Of a stretch of DNA of 64,000 nucleotides, positions 1 to 9,059 are shown one piece after another. The position numbers were made by a program, and so were the translations under genes. The number at the start of each line of letters is the position of its first letter. Position 1 is the stretch's first letter. The DNA comes from Clostridia bacterium (lineage in GTDB: Bacteria > Bacillota > Clostridia > TANB77 > CAG-508). The stretch spans positions 651-64,650 of the forward strand of contig JAGAKS010000019.1 of assembly GCA_017625465.1 (NCBI GenBank), given 5' to 3'. The notes under the pieces were generated by a model. It worked only from the letters and a program-made list of their open reading frames with translations, made no database searches and was not told the DNA's origin.

Positions 1-375
1 TAAAAATGAATGAACCCTGTTAAATAATTCTGGTAATGTTTCCAGTCCTTCAATGATTTTAGTAGAATAATAATTATAATATTCTGTAAAATAATAATCA
101 TCTAGAACTGTTTGCGTTAGTTTTCCACCATCTCTTTCAATTAATCTTTCATCATATATAACTGGAATATTTTTAACATTTACTAATTCCATTGTATGTC
201 TTGTTCTTTTCATAGGAGAGCATATTATAAGATCAATATCTAATTTTTTCACATTCTCACTAGCTTCAATTGCTTGTTCTACTCCAATTTCATTTATATC
301 CTCATCATATCTACAATTGTATTTATTTTCTCTATTACAATTTGTTAATCCATGTCTAATAACATATAATTTCAT
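1..375 (-). CDS. Histidine phosphatase family protein (phosphoglycerate mutase / CobC-like). Partial: the C-terminus runs off the window start.
   Basis: Minus-strand translation from the ATG at 375-373 gives MKLYVIRHGLTNCNRE..., which carries the RHGxTxxN histidine-phosphatase signature. The frame is open to position 1. This ORF is not in the supplied track because it is truncated. Confidence 0.6.
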   Translation of the reverse strand, partial: MKLYVIRHGLTNCNRENKYNCRYDEDINEIGVEQAIEASENVKKLDIDLIICSPMKRTRHTMELVNVKNIPVIYDERLIERDGGKLTQTVLDDYYFTEYYNYYSTKIIEGLETLPELFNRVHSFL

Positions 376-387
376 ATCTATTTCCTC

Positions 388-2166
388 TCAATCAATTTGT
401 ATATATTTTTTATTATCATCAACGCTATTACTTAATAATATAACTCCAATAACAGATAGAATTATGAATACAAAAATGATTTTTAGGTTATTAAGATTAT
501 GAGAAAATCCAACAAATACTAACAATAAAGTATAACCTAATATTCTTCCTGTATTTAAAAATAGTTCTCTAAAAGTAAAATATTCTGTATTATATCTATC
601 TTTGTAATCCATCTTATTAGAATAATTAAATAAATTAACTTCTGTAATTTTTAATATAATATTCATAAATATATAATAACTAATGTTATATAAAATAATT
701 GACTTCATATTAATGTTAATCATAACTAAAATAAAACTAACAAATAAAAATATTAAAGAAAAATTTAAAATGAATTTTTTATGTTTATCTTTATACAAGT
801 GAGCAAATGCATACATTGCTAAAATAGAACATAGTGAAAGTAATGATGATATCCACCCTAGCTCAAATTCATTTTTAGTATTATATATAATTAGTAATGA
901 CACAACTAAGCTCATAACACCATATCTATTTATTCCTTTTAGAAATTCAATTATATATAATTTTTTCAAGATTCTGTCTTTTTTAAATTTGCCAACGAAT
1001 TCTTTTATTCTTATGTTTGACATTTGTATGTTTTTATTATTTATATTAAATGAATTTATAATTTTAATAATTGAAAACATTAAAATTATAATTGCAGCTA
1101 TTTGATATGATTTTAAACTTATGTAAGCTCCTAATATAATAGGAACAACAAAACTAATTATTTCAGTACAAACAGAAGATAAACCTATATATTTTGTTCT
1201 TTCTTTTTGATTAATACACTCAGATTCTACCATATTGAATGGGAAACCAGTAGTAGCTATAGAAATACCATACATTATACCAATTAAATATACAAAATTA
1301 ATTATTTTCTCTCCCATTACAATTATCATAAAAATATACAATGATTTTATAATAATTCCAAATCTATATAATTTAATTTTATCTTTCTTTTTTATATAAT
1401 TAGAAACAATAAATGCACCTATTGTTGCAACAATCCATCCAACTATGTTATAAATTGACAAATATAAAATGTTTTGCTCAGTTATTTTGTAAAAGTATGC
1501 AGCTAAAAAGACATCCAAAAATATACTAATAACTTTTCCTATTGATTGATCTATAACAAGAGTTTTAGCTGATTTGGAAAGTATATTACTTTGTTGTTTT
1601 ATAGTTTTATATATTTCTTTCCATGAATGTACTCTTTTAAACTCATTAGCATCTCTATTATATGGGGTGTCCATAAGCAATGTTTTTATTCCATATTTAT
1701 TAATATCTTTACATATTCTTTTAGAATCATCTATCATAATATCTACATTATGTTCTATACATATCTCAGTTTTAGAATGAGAATTATATGCATCTACTAA
1801 AAATAATTTATCATAGTAGATATCGTACTTTTTTAGCCAGTCAATTGTCATATTATGTGCATTAGAATATTCTCCGTTATCTCTTCCAGTAATTATATAA
1901 ATAGTATGTCCATCTTCTTTTAACTTGTTTATATATTTGTTGGCACCTTCAATTGCTTTTAGATTAATAGCGATTCTTTCTATATTAGTTTTATAGAACT
2001 TCACTTCCTCTTCTTCTGACCAATCAAACATGCCATTTCTTATGTATGATGCATTTTTATCTATAATTCCTGTATTTCTTAATGCTTTATCATGTTCTAA
2101 ATATTCTTGCAACAGTGTATCATTAAAATCTGAAATTACATTGTCTATATCTATTCCAATTATCAT
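388..2166 (-). CDS. Fusion protein: an N-terminal HAD-superfamily 5'(3')-deoxyribonucleotidase-like domain (about 190 aa) joined to a C-terminal polytopic MFS-type transporter domain (about 400 aa).
   Basis: The N-terminus MIIGIDIDNVISDF has a DxD nucleophile motif typical of HAD/NT5C nucleotidases. The remainder is hydrophobic with about 12 predicted TM segments, in one continuous frame. An RBS AAGGAAG lies 7 nt upstream of the ATG. Confidence 0.6.
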   Translation of the reverse strand: MIIGIDIDNVISDFNDTLLQEYLEHDKALRNTGIIDKNASYIRNGMFDWSEEEEVKFYKTNIERIAINLKAIEGANKYINKLKEDGHTIYIITGRDNGEYSNAHNMTIDWLKKYDIYYDKLFLVDAYNSHSKTEICIEHNVDIMIDDSKRICKDINKYGIKTLLMDTPYNRDANEFKRVHSWKEIYKTIKQQSNILSKSAKTLVIDQSIGKVISIFLDVFLAAYFYKITEQNILYLSIYNIVGWIVATIGAFIVSNYIKKKDKIKLYRFGIIIKSLYIFMIIVMGEKIINFVYLIGIMYGISIATTGFPFNMVESECINQKERTKYIGLSSVCTEIISFVVPIILGAYISLKSYQIAAIIILMFSIIKIINSFNINNKNIQMSNIRIKEFVGKFKKDRILKKLYIIEFLKGINRYGVMSLVVSLLIIYNTKNEFELGWISSLLSLCSILAMYAFAHLYKDKHKKFILNFSLIFLFVSFILVMININMKSIILYNISYYIFMNIILKITEVNLFNYSNKMDYKDRYNTEYFTFRELFLNTGRILGYTLLLVFVGFSHNLNNLKIIFVFIILSVIGVILLSNSVDDNKKYIQID

Positions 2167-2187
2167 TTTATACTTCCTTATTTATAT

Positions 2188-3489
2188 CTATTTATTAAAA
2201 CTACTTTCAAATTCTATATCTTCTTTTTTATATTCTTCTGGTCTTAATCCGAATCTAGTCCTCATATAATCTAAAGTAATAACCATACTTGCTAATGCTA
2301 GCAATCCTACTATTAAAAAGGCATTTTGAACATTTATTATGTCCAATAATAAACCACCTAACATTGAAAATATACTTGCTGCAATTCCACCAATAAATTC
2401 GTATGTAAAAGTTAATTTGTTTCTCATTTCTTCTTTGGTAAAGTTTTTTAAATATTTAGCTTCTAATATATACCATATTGAAGTACTTATTTTTTGTACT
2501 GCATACATAATCAATATAACTGGTATAATCATTTCACCTTCAAATAAAGTTGCAACTGTCCCTATAACTATACAAGCGCCTATATACATTAAAGAGATAA
2601 AGGCTAATGTTCTATTCTTAAACTTTCTTTCGATTGGCCTTTTTAATGAAAGTGAAATTCCGCCAATTAATGTAAGCACTGCAAATATCATTGAAAATTG
2701 TTCTTCTGGTATTCCTATATTTATAAGTAAATCACCATTATATGTATCTATAATTTCTATCACACTATAAAATACTATTTGAAACAATATAAAAGACTTC
2801 ATTCTTTTTGATTTTAAAATAAATTTAAAAGAGCTCTTCAAATCATTTCCATATTCTTTTAGAATATTTGATAATCCCATGTTTAGCTTATGATCTTTTT
2901 TTACCTCATAAATATCCTTAAATCCAAATGATAATATTGTAGAAATTATAATAAATCCTAAACATATTAGCATAGGTATATAATTGTTAATTACAAATAG
3001 ATATCCTGCTACTAGAGATGCTATTCCATCTAATATATAGTACCAACTTCCACCCTTTGCATCTAATTTTGAATATAATCCTTCTCCTCCTCTTGTGGAA
3101 ACTGAATCATATAATAAATTAGATTCTGCAATTGTTTTTATATCATATCCCAAAGCAAATACCAAATCTGCTATTATAATGCTAATTGCACCTGGTAAGC
3201 ATAATAATATTAGCATATATACAATAAGTAACATATTGCCCAAAATTATACTTTTCCTTTTTCCAAGAAAATCTGTAATTGCTACTGCTGGTATTTGCAT
3301 TAATATTCTAAACAATAAATAGAATCCATTTATTATTAAAAGTTCCGAAGCAGTAACTTTTTTGGTTATTGTGCAAAACAAAAATTCTATTGAATAAAAG
3401 AATAGCAAATCCCATGAAAACATTTTGTAAATAGGGTAAAGTTGTGCATTTTTTCTTCTAATTTTATTTAATTGTCGTTTATTTTCCAT
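2188..3489 (-). CDS. MFS transporter, a paralog of the membrane domain of the upstream fusion. The ORF is open to 3549, but the likely start is M21 (MENKRQ...).
   Basis: Polytopic hydrophobic protein with MFS-like architecture. An AAGGA RBS precedes the ATG at 3489. A sigma-A-like promoter lies inside the 5' extension that the ORF track called. Confidence 0.55.
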   Translation of the reverse strand: MENKRQLNKIRRKNAQLYPIYKMFSWDLLFFYSIEFLFCTITKKVTASELLIINGFYLLFRILMQIPAVAITDFLGKRKSIILGNMLLIVYMLILLCLPGAISIIIADLVFALGYDIKTIAESNLLYDSVSTRGGEGLYSKLDAKGGSWYYILDGIASLVAGYLFVINNYIPMLICLGFIIISTILSFGFKDIYEVKKDHKLNMGLSNILKEYGNDLKSSFKFILKSKRMKSFILFQIVFYSVIEIIDTYNGDLLINIGIPEEQFSMIFAVLTLIGGISLSLKRPIERKFKNRTLAFISLMYIGACIVIGTVATLFEGEMIIPVILIMYAVQKISTSIWYILEAKYLKNFTKEEMRNKLTFTYEFIGGIAASIFSMLGGLLLDIINVQNAFLIVGLLALASMVITLDYMRTRFGLRPEEYKKEDIEFESSFNK

Positions 3490-3535
3490 ATCATTTTTTC
3501 CTTGTTTTTCACATAAATTAATATACTGTTTCCTA

Positions 3536-3563
3536 ATTATATATATCATACCATTAAATACAA
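3536..3563 (-). promoter_or_regulatory. Candidate sigma-A promoter (TTGTAT-N16-TATAAT) for the MFS gene.
   Basis: The minus-strand sequence reads TTGTATttaatggtatgatataTATAAT, about 40 nt upstream of the ATG at 3489. Confidence 0.3.
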
Positions 3564-3615
3564 TAATAGTCTTGTATTTTTTAAAATTTTGTGCTTTTGA
3601 TAAAAATTTCTACCT

Positions 3616-3658
3616 AAAAAAACAGCTTTTGCGATTTCTCCCAAAAGCTGTTTTTTTA
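3616..3658 (-). terminator. Rho-independent terminator downstream of the zinc-ribbon gene. It is A-tract/T-tract flanked and could act bidirectionally.
   Basis: A 10-bp perfect stem, acagcttttg(3622-3631) paired with caaaagctgt(3642-3651), with a 10-nt loop. A T-run follows on the minus-strand transcript and an A-run precedes on the plus strand. Confidence 0.65.
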
Positions 3659-3671
3659 CATTGATTTAGTA

Positions 3672-4847
3672 TCATTTTGAAACTTCTGTAACAATTCCGG
3701 CTACAACCGTGATTTGTACTTTTTCTCCTAACTGATATGATTGCCATTCCTCATACGAAACATTTTTTGAATATGCTTTTTCGTTAGCTATGAAATTAAT
3801 TGTATACACTTCTGATTTTCCATTTTCTCTTTCTTTATTTGCCAACTGAAATTGAGGCCAATATGGATCATCCGTTGTTCCTGAAGCTTTTTCTGTCCTA
3901 GCATAACGCCATCTATCTATTTTATAGTAGTATTTAGTGTCATAAATAGGAATCTCGTCGTATACAGGAACTTTCTCATACTCAATATCGTATACTGTCT
4001 TGTAAACTGCAATTTCCTCCTCATCAAAGGTTCCGTCACCATTATCATAGTATTTATATTCATAATGGTCAAATTCTTCTCGAGGAACTTCATGTTCTAC
4101 AATTTCGTAATCAACAATTATTTCTTCATAATCTCTAACTTCTTGCCTTTCATCATAAACCCGTCCGCCTACTGGAACTTCCCAGTCGCTTTCATCAAAT
4201 GTTATCAATTCTTGAATAGTTACATTTCTTTCCCATGATTTGTCACTAATTGTTGCATCATAGGTTTGAGGTGTAAAAATAGAAATTAAAAACATAATTA
4301 TAAAAACGAATGCAATAGCTCCACCAAGTACAGCTAGAACAGATTTTAAATTGATACTTCTGAAAAAACTGGTAATTTTGTCATCATACCGTTCAATAGG
4401 ATTGTAAGATAAATCAACTCTGTCACTTGTTTCTTCTTTACAAGGAGATAGTGACTGTTGCGCTTCATAAGAGTATGATTCTTCTTGTAAATCGTCATCT
4501 TCTGTAGACATATACTGTTCAGAATTATAATCTTCTTTTGGAGTTACTGTTACTTCGTTTCCAAAATAATCTTTTTCTGAATCAGCTTTTCCACCACCGC
4601 AGTTTCTGCAAGATACTTGATTGTACCTATTATAGCTTCCGCAATAAGCACATACCCAGTCGGCTCCTTTGCCATAGTTCTCGGCAATTTCTGAATCCAA
4701 ATATCTTTTTGGACCTCCTTTGATGTCGAATTTCAAACCCTCTGATTGTGGATTACCACATTTAGGGCATGTTTTGGTAAGACCCCCGATACCTTTGGTA
4801 CCGCAATGGCTACAGGTCCAGTATCCTTCGATTCTTCTTCTAGCCAT
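3672..4847 (-). CDS. Zinc-ribbon domain membrane protein of unknown function. It has two N-terminal CxxC...CxxC ribbons, an acidic linker, one TM helix, and a Tyr/Asp/Glu-rich C-terminal domain.
   Basis: MARRRIEGYWTCSHCGTKG...CPKCGNP and CAYCGSYNRYNQVSCRNCGG. A single hydrophobic helix is LAVLGGAIAFVFIIMFLISIF. A strong RBS AAGGAGG is present. Local GC is visibly higher than in the neighbours. Confidence 0.6.
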   Translation of the reverse strand: MARRRIEGYWTCSHCGTKGIGGLTKTCPKCGNPQSEGLKFDIKGGPKRYLDSEIAENYGKGADWVCAYCGSYNRYNQVSCRNCGGGKADSEKDYFGNEVTVTPKEDYNSEQYMSTEDDDLQEESYSYEAQQSLSPCKEETSDRVDLSYNPIERYDDKITSFFRSINLKSVLAVLGGAIAFVFIIMFLISIFTPQTYDATISDKSWERNVTIQELITFDESDWEVPVGGRVYDERQEVRDYEEIIVDYEIVEHEVPREEFDHYEYKYYDNGDGTFDEEEIAVYKTVYDIEYEKVPVYDEIPIYDTKYYYKIDRWRYARTEKASGTTDDPYWPQFQLANKERENGKSEVYTINFIANEKAYSKNVSYEEWQSYQLGEKVQITVVAGIVTEVSK

Positions 4848-4940
4848 TCTTATACCTCCTTGTTAGTTATATGATTTTCAATGTGCCATTAACTTCAATC
4901 ATAGTATATAATAGAAGTTAAAAATAATACTTATTGTTTT

Positions 4941-4969
4941 ATTATACTATAAAATCATATACAATTCAA
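4941..4969 (-). promoter_or_regulatory. Sigma-A consensus promoter (TTGAAT-N17-TATAAT) for the zinc-ribbon gene.
   Basis: The minus strand reads TTGAATtgtatatgattttatagTATAAT. The leader to the ATG at 4847 is about 85 nt. Confidence 0.5.
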
Positions 4970-5086
4970 TATATTACGGGGCTTTGTACCTACAATATTA
5001 GTCATATTGGCTAGCTTTTTTATAATTCACAAACCAATTCTTGCATTAAGTCATGGACTGATACTATTTGCTATACTATAAAAATA

Positions 5087-6049
5087 TTAAATAAATTCAT
5101 AGTCTAATAGTTCAACTTTGTTGGAAATATAATCATTATTCTTTTCTATTGGCTTAGCTAAGTCAGTTGATAAATATTTCTTATTATCATCTGGAAAAAC
5201 AGTCACTATATTTTTATCATTTTCTTCTTTTGCTAGTATACTTGCAATCATGTTAGCACCAGAAGAAATACCAACTCCAATTCCTAAATTTAAAGCTATC
5301 TTTCTAGACATATTTATAGCATCTTCATCATTTATAAGAAAAATTTTATCTATTTTTTCTTTTTTTACTATTTTAGGTATAAAATCATCTCCAATACCTT
5401 CTATTTTGTGGTTTTCAATAATTTTATTATGTGAAAGTAATGGCATTTTCTCGGGTTCTAGAGCATAAATCTTGATAGACTTATCATACTCTTTCAGTCT
5501 TTTTCCAGTTCCCATTAAAGTTCCACCTGTTCCAATTCCTGAAACAAAACCTCCAATATTTGAAGATTTCAATTTTTCTAAAATTTCGACAGCAGTAGTT
5601 TCATAATGAGCTAATACATTGCTTTCATTTTCAAATTGATTGCTATAATAAGCATTATTTTCTTTTGCATAAGTAATGGCATCTTTTATAGCTCTTTGAA
5701 AACCGCCTTCTTTTTTAGATATTAAAGTTACTTTAGCATTGTACATTTCCATTAATTTTAATCTTTCTTGACTTACCCAATCTGGCATAAATATATGAAC
5801 AGGGTTTCCAAAAAAAGCTCCTAAAGCTGATAGCGAAATTCCAGTATTTCCACTCGTAGCTTCAACAATTTCCATTCCTTTTTTCAAAGTTCCTTCTTTG
5901 TATGCTTTTTTTATAATGTAGTAAGCCACTCTATCTTTTATACTCCCAGTGATATTATAAAATTCTAATTTTGTATATATGTAATTTTCCTTTCCATTGT
6001 ATTTGTATTTAATTTTTATTAAAGGTGTATCTCCAATTTTTATATTCAT
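5087..6049 (-). CDS. cysK: Cysteine synthase / O-acetylserine sulfhydrylase (PLP-dependent, CysK/CysM family).
   Basis: GSIKDRVA (PLP-lysine motif) and TSGNTGISLSA glycine-rich loop. Length 320 aa. RBS AGGAGG. Confidence 0.8.
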   Translation of the reverse strand: MNIKIGDTPLIKIKYKYNGKENYIYTKLEFYNITGSIKDRVAYYIIKKAYKEGTLKKGMEIVEATSGNTGISLSALGAFFGNPVHIFMPDWVSQERLKLMEMYNAKVTLISKKEGGFQRAIKDAITYAKENNAYYSNQFENESNVLAHYETTAVEILEKLKSSNIGGFVSGIGTGGTLMGTGKRLKEYDKSIKIYALEPEKMPLLSHNKIIENHKIEGIGDDFIPKIVKKEKIDKIFLINDEDAINMSRKIALNLGIGVGISSGANMIASILAKEENDKNIVTVFPDDNKKYLSTDLAKPIEKNNDYISNKVELLDYEFI

Positions 6050-6130
6050 TTTTTTACCTCCTAATTTAATTTATTCAATCATATCTATTATGTTACACAG
6101 ACAAAAACTATATTATTAGGTATTTTTAAA

Positions 6131-6166
6131 TAAAAAAGAACTAAATGATTTTTTTCATTTAGTTCT
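6131..6166 (-). terminator. Rho-independent terminator after the 6173-6661 gene.
   Basis: A 12-bp stem agaactaaatga/tcatttagttct with a T7 loop, followed on the transcript by TTTTTTTATTT. Confidence 0.6.
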
Positions 6167-6172
6167 ACATTT

Positions 6173-6661
6173 TTATTCATCATCCTCTTCTTCATATTCT
6201 TCATCATCTTCATCTTCTATTCGTTTTCTAGATTTTGAACTTACATTTTCAGACTTATTATGATTAGCTATCATCATAATTAATTTACCTATTAACTTTA
6301 TCATAGTAACTGCAGCTGCATAAACTATATACATAGCTAAAAATCCAACAACGCCAAACATTATATCTCCAAAGTCCATGTTTCCTGTGTTAGATACTTT
6401 TTGTCCAATTTCTATTGCAAAAGTAATTACTATAATTAAAGTAAACACATAAATCCAAGTAAGTGTTAAATAGTGTTTCTTTTTGGCTAGCATTTTGAAT
6501 ATTGGATATATTGCAATAACCATTGCCATACCTAATAAACCTATTATTATAAAATGTAATTCTTTGTCGTTAAAATAAAGTTCATATTCGTCATTTAATT
6601 GCAATAAACTTGTATGTATTTCAGCAATAATTGCAACTATTCCATATAAAAATTCTTTCAT
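6173..6661 (-). CDS. Hypothetical small membrane protein (4 predicted TM) with a highly acidic C-terminal tail (EDEDDEEYEEEDDE).
   Basis: Hydrophobic segments, then a poly-acidic tail. An RBS AGGAGG lies 8 nt upstream. It is translationally adjacent to the recombinase gene. Confidence 0.5.
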   Translation of the reverse strand: MKEFLYGIVAIIAEIHTSLLQLNDEYELYFNDKELHFIIIGLLGMAMVIAIYPIFKMLAKKKHYLTLTWIYVFTLIIVITFAIEIGQKVSNTGNMDFGDIMFGVVGFLAMYIVYAAAVTMIKLIGKLIMMIANHNKSENVSSKSRKRIEDEDDEEYEEEDDE

Positions 6662-6664
6662 AAT

Positions 6665-7669
6665 TTACCTCCTATTAGCTAAAGGATTATTTTCAACTGC
6701 ACTACGTATTTGTTCATTATTTACATGTGTATATATTTCAGTAGTTGATATACTTTCATGGCCTAACAAAACTTGAAGTGCTCTTATATCAACTTGTCCA
6801 TATTGATACATAAGAGTTGCTGCTGTATGTCTTAATTTGTGGACAGAATATTTGTTAGGATCAAGTCCAGCATTTTTTAACTCTTCTTTAACAATATATT
6901 GTACAGTTCTATTACTTATTCTTTTTTTCTGTTCACTTAAAAATAATGCATCTCGAGAATTTCCTTTTACTCCATCTCGAGGTCTAACATCTAAATATCT
7001 TTTTATAGCGCTTATACATGCATTATTTAAGTAAATAGTACGCTCTTTGTTACCTTTACCTATAACATTAAGCTTATTATCATAAAAATCAATATCTTTA
7101 ATATTTATATTAACAAGCTCAGACAAACGCATACCACAATTTAAAAATAATGTTATAATAGCAAAATTTCTTTCTTTGTTATCATGGTTTCCATGCGAAG
7201 TTGGTGCTGGTTTTTCAGCAACATCTAAAAGTTTTTGACTATCCTCTAATGTTAGATATTTTGGCAATCTTCTATCTAATTTTGGATTTTCTAAATCTAA
7301 TGCTGGGTTATTAGGAATTTTCTTAGCTTTATTACATAAATAATGAAAGAAAATTCTAATTGTAGAAGCTTTTCTAGCAAGCGTTGCTGGCTTACTTCTA
7401 TAATTATTTTTTAAATAACCTAAGAATGAATGTATATCTTCTAGTTCAATTTTTTTAATAGTATCTAAAGTTAAATCATTTATTTTAATGGTTTTTATTT
7501 CTAATTCATCCTTGATGTCAGTCATTTTAAATTTATATTTTATGTATTTTAAAAAATGAGCTATATCATAATTATATTCCTTAACACTGTTACTAGATTT
7601 ATTTAAAATAGTAGCAGAATAGTCTAAGAAATCATTTAGAAAGTCTGGATTATCTTCAGGTGATATCAT
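6665..7669 (-). CDS. Tyrosine site-specific recombinase, XerC/XerD (phage integrase) family.
   Basis: C-terminal catalytic motifs HKLRHTAAT...LLGHESISTTEIYTHV, giving the R..HxxR..Y catalytic set. An N-terminal SAM-like core-binding domain is present. Confidence 0.8.
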   Translation of the reverse strand: MISPEDNPDFLNDFLDYSATILNKSSNSVKEYNYDIAHFLKYIKYKFKMTDIKDELEIKTIKINDLTLDTIKKIELEDIHSFLGYLKNNYRSKPATLARKASTIRIFFHYLCNKAKKIPNNPALDLENPKLDRRLPKYLTLEDSQKLLDVAEKPAPTSHGNHDNKERNFAIITLFLNCGMRLSELVNINIKDIDFYDNKLNVIGKGNKERTIYLNNACISAIKRYLDVRPRDGVKGNSRDALFLSEQKKRISNRTVQYIVKEELKNAGLDPNKYSVHKLRHTAATLMYQYGQVDIRALQVLLGHESISTTEIYTHVNNEQIRSAVENNPLANRR

Positions 7670-7767
7670 AATACAGTATTCCTTTCAATTAATATAATAT
7701 ATCATATCATTATTTAGTAAAAAATAAAAGTATTTGAATAATTAAATTTAAAGGCATTTATTTTCGT

Positions 7768-8989
7768 TTAATTTTCACCGTTTTCCGTTTTATATTTCTT
7801 ATAATTTATATCAACATTTAGTTTACTTGCTCTTGTAATACTAGATATACCATATTTATTAGTTATATTGTCTAAGGTTTTATCTAAATTGTTCTGTTTC
7901 GAATTTTCATTTCCAAATAATGTAAGTTGTACTTCGTCCTCATTTTCTAAATCATCAACTCTAAGTCCAACTAAACGAATTGGTTCATTTTTATACATAT
8001 CTTTTAATATTTCTTGGGCAAGCTTTAAAATATCTTTAGTACTCGAAGTAGCAAAAGACATTTTCTTTTGATGTGAATAATCTATAAAATTATTAGTTCT
8101 AAGTTGCACATTAACTACATTGGCAAGCATTTTATATTTTCGTAGTCTATAAGCAACTTTTTCCGTTAAAGCAACTAATATTGGATTAATTTCCTCTATA
8201 CTTCTTAAATCGTTTGGTAAAGTTACAGAGTTTCCAATACTTTTAGGAAGTTCTACTTTGTTGTTAACTGGTGAATCATCTATTCCATTAGCATAATTCC
8301 ACATCATTTGGCCATGCTTTCCAAAATTTTTTATCAAAATATTTTTATCTGTTCTTGCAATATCTCCAATAGTTTTTATTTGCATATTTAAAAGTTTTGG
8401 AACTGTTTTTCTTCCTAGCATAAATAGTTCAGAAGCTGGAAGTGGCCACATTTTTCTTTCAATTTCATTTTCATATAAAGTATGAATTTTATCTGGCTTT
8501 TCAAAATCTGATGCCATCTTTGCTAGTAATTTATTGTGAGCTATTCCAATGTTTACTGTAAATTTTAATTCATTTTTTACTCTGATATTTATTTCACGAG
8601 CAACATCTTCTAATTTTCTTCCCATAAGGAAATTAGTCATATCCATGAAACATTCATCGATACTAAATCTCTCTATTATATCTGTATATTCTGATAATAA
8701 TTTAAAAAGATTGTTTGAATACTTATGATATACATTAAAATCTCCTGGAAACACTTGCAATTTAGGACATTTCTTTTTAGCAAAATATATTGGTTCTCCT
8801 GTAACAATTCCAAATTTTTTAGCAATAGGACTTTTGGCAAGTACAATCCCACTGCGCCTTTCTTCATCTCCTCCGAATTACTGCAGGTATTGTTCTAATA
8901 TCTAATTCTGAGCCATTTTCAAGCATATTAACAGCAGACCAAGATAAAAAAGCATTGTTAACATCAACATGTAAAATTTGTCTTTCCAT
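7768..8989 (-). pseudogene. dinB: DNA polymerase IV (Y-family, DinB-like) interrupted by a +1 frameshift at about 8874-8884. The N-terminal 36 codons (MERQILHVDVNNAFLSWSAV...PAVI) are in one frame and the rest (GGDEERRSGIV...SIDECFMD...) is in another. This could be a true pseudogene or a sequencing error.
   Basis: The downstream frame has the Y-family motif SIDECFMDMT and upstream in-frame residues FGGDEERRSGIVLAKSPIAKKFGIV, which match DinB (GGSRERRGVISTANYPARKFGV). A stop is at 8878-8880. The upstream frame starts at the ATG 8989-8987 with RBS AGGAG, encodes ILHVDVNNAF (compare DMDCFFA), and ends 3 codons after the shift. A single extra C separates ATT(I) and GGA(G). Confidence 0.7.
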
Positions 8990-9027
8990 AGAAAAAACTC
9001 CTAAATATAATACGAAATTCTGTTTGT

Positions 9028-9056
9028 ATTATATCAAGAAGTTTTTAGTTAGTCAA
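9028..9056 (-). promoter_or_regulatory. Sigma-A consensus promoter (TTGACT-N17-TATAAT) upstream of dinB.
   Basis: The minus strand reads TTGACTaactaaaaacttcttgaTATAAT, about 35 nt upstream of the dinB ATG. Confidence 0.45.
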
Positions 9057-9059
9057 TAT

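Noticed and set aside
6050-6172. T-box or S-box leader upstream of cysK.
   Set aside because: The intergenic region is 123 bp and mostly taken up by the upstream terminator. There is no specifier or antiterminator structure and no space for a riboswitch.
8676-8867. 63-aa minus-strand ORF overlapping the dinB 5' region.
   Set aside because: It is a third frame across the dinB frameshift region. The real coding information is split between the two other frames (MERQILHVDVNNAF... and ...GGDEERRSGIV...).
6665-8989. Xer-family recombinase plus dinB as an integrated mobile element.
   Set aside because: There are no flanking direct repeats or att-like sequences, no phage, transposase or conjugation genes, and the flanking genes are housekeeping. 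It is more likely a chromosomal Xer-type recombinase and an SOS polymerase.
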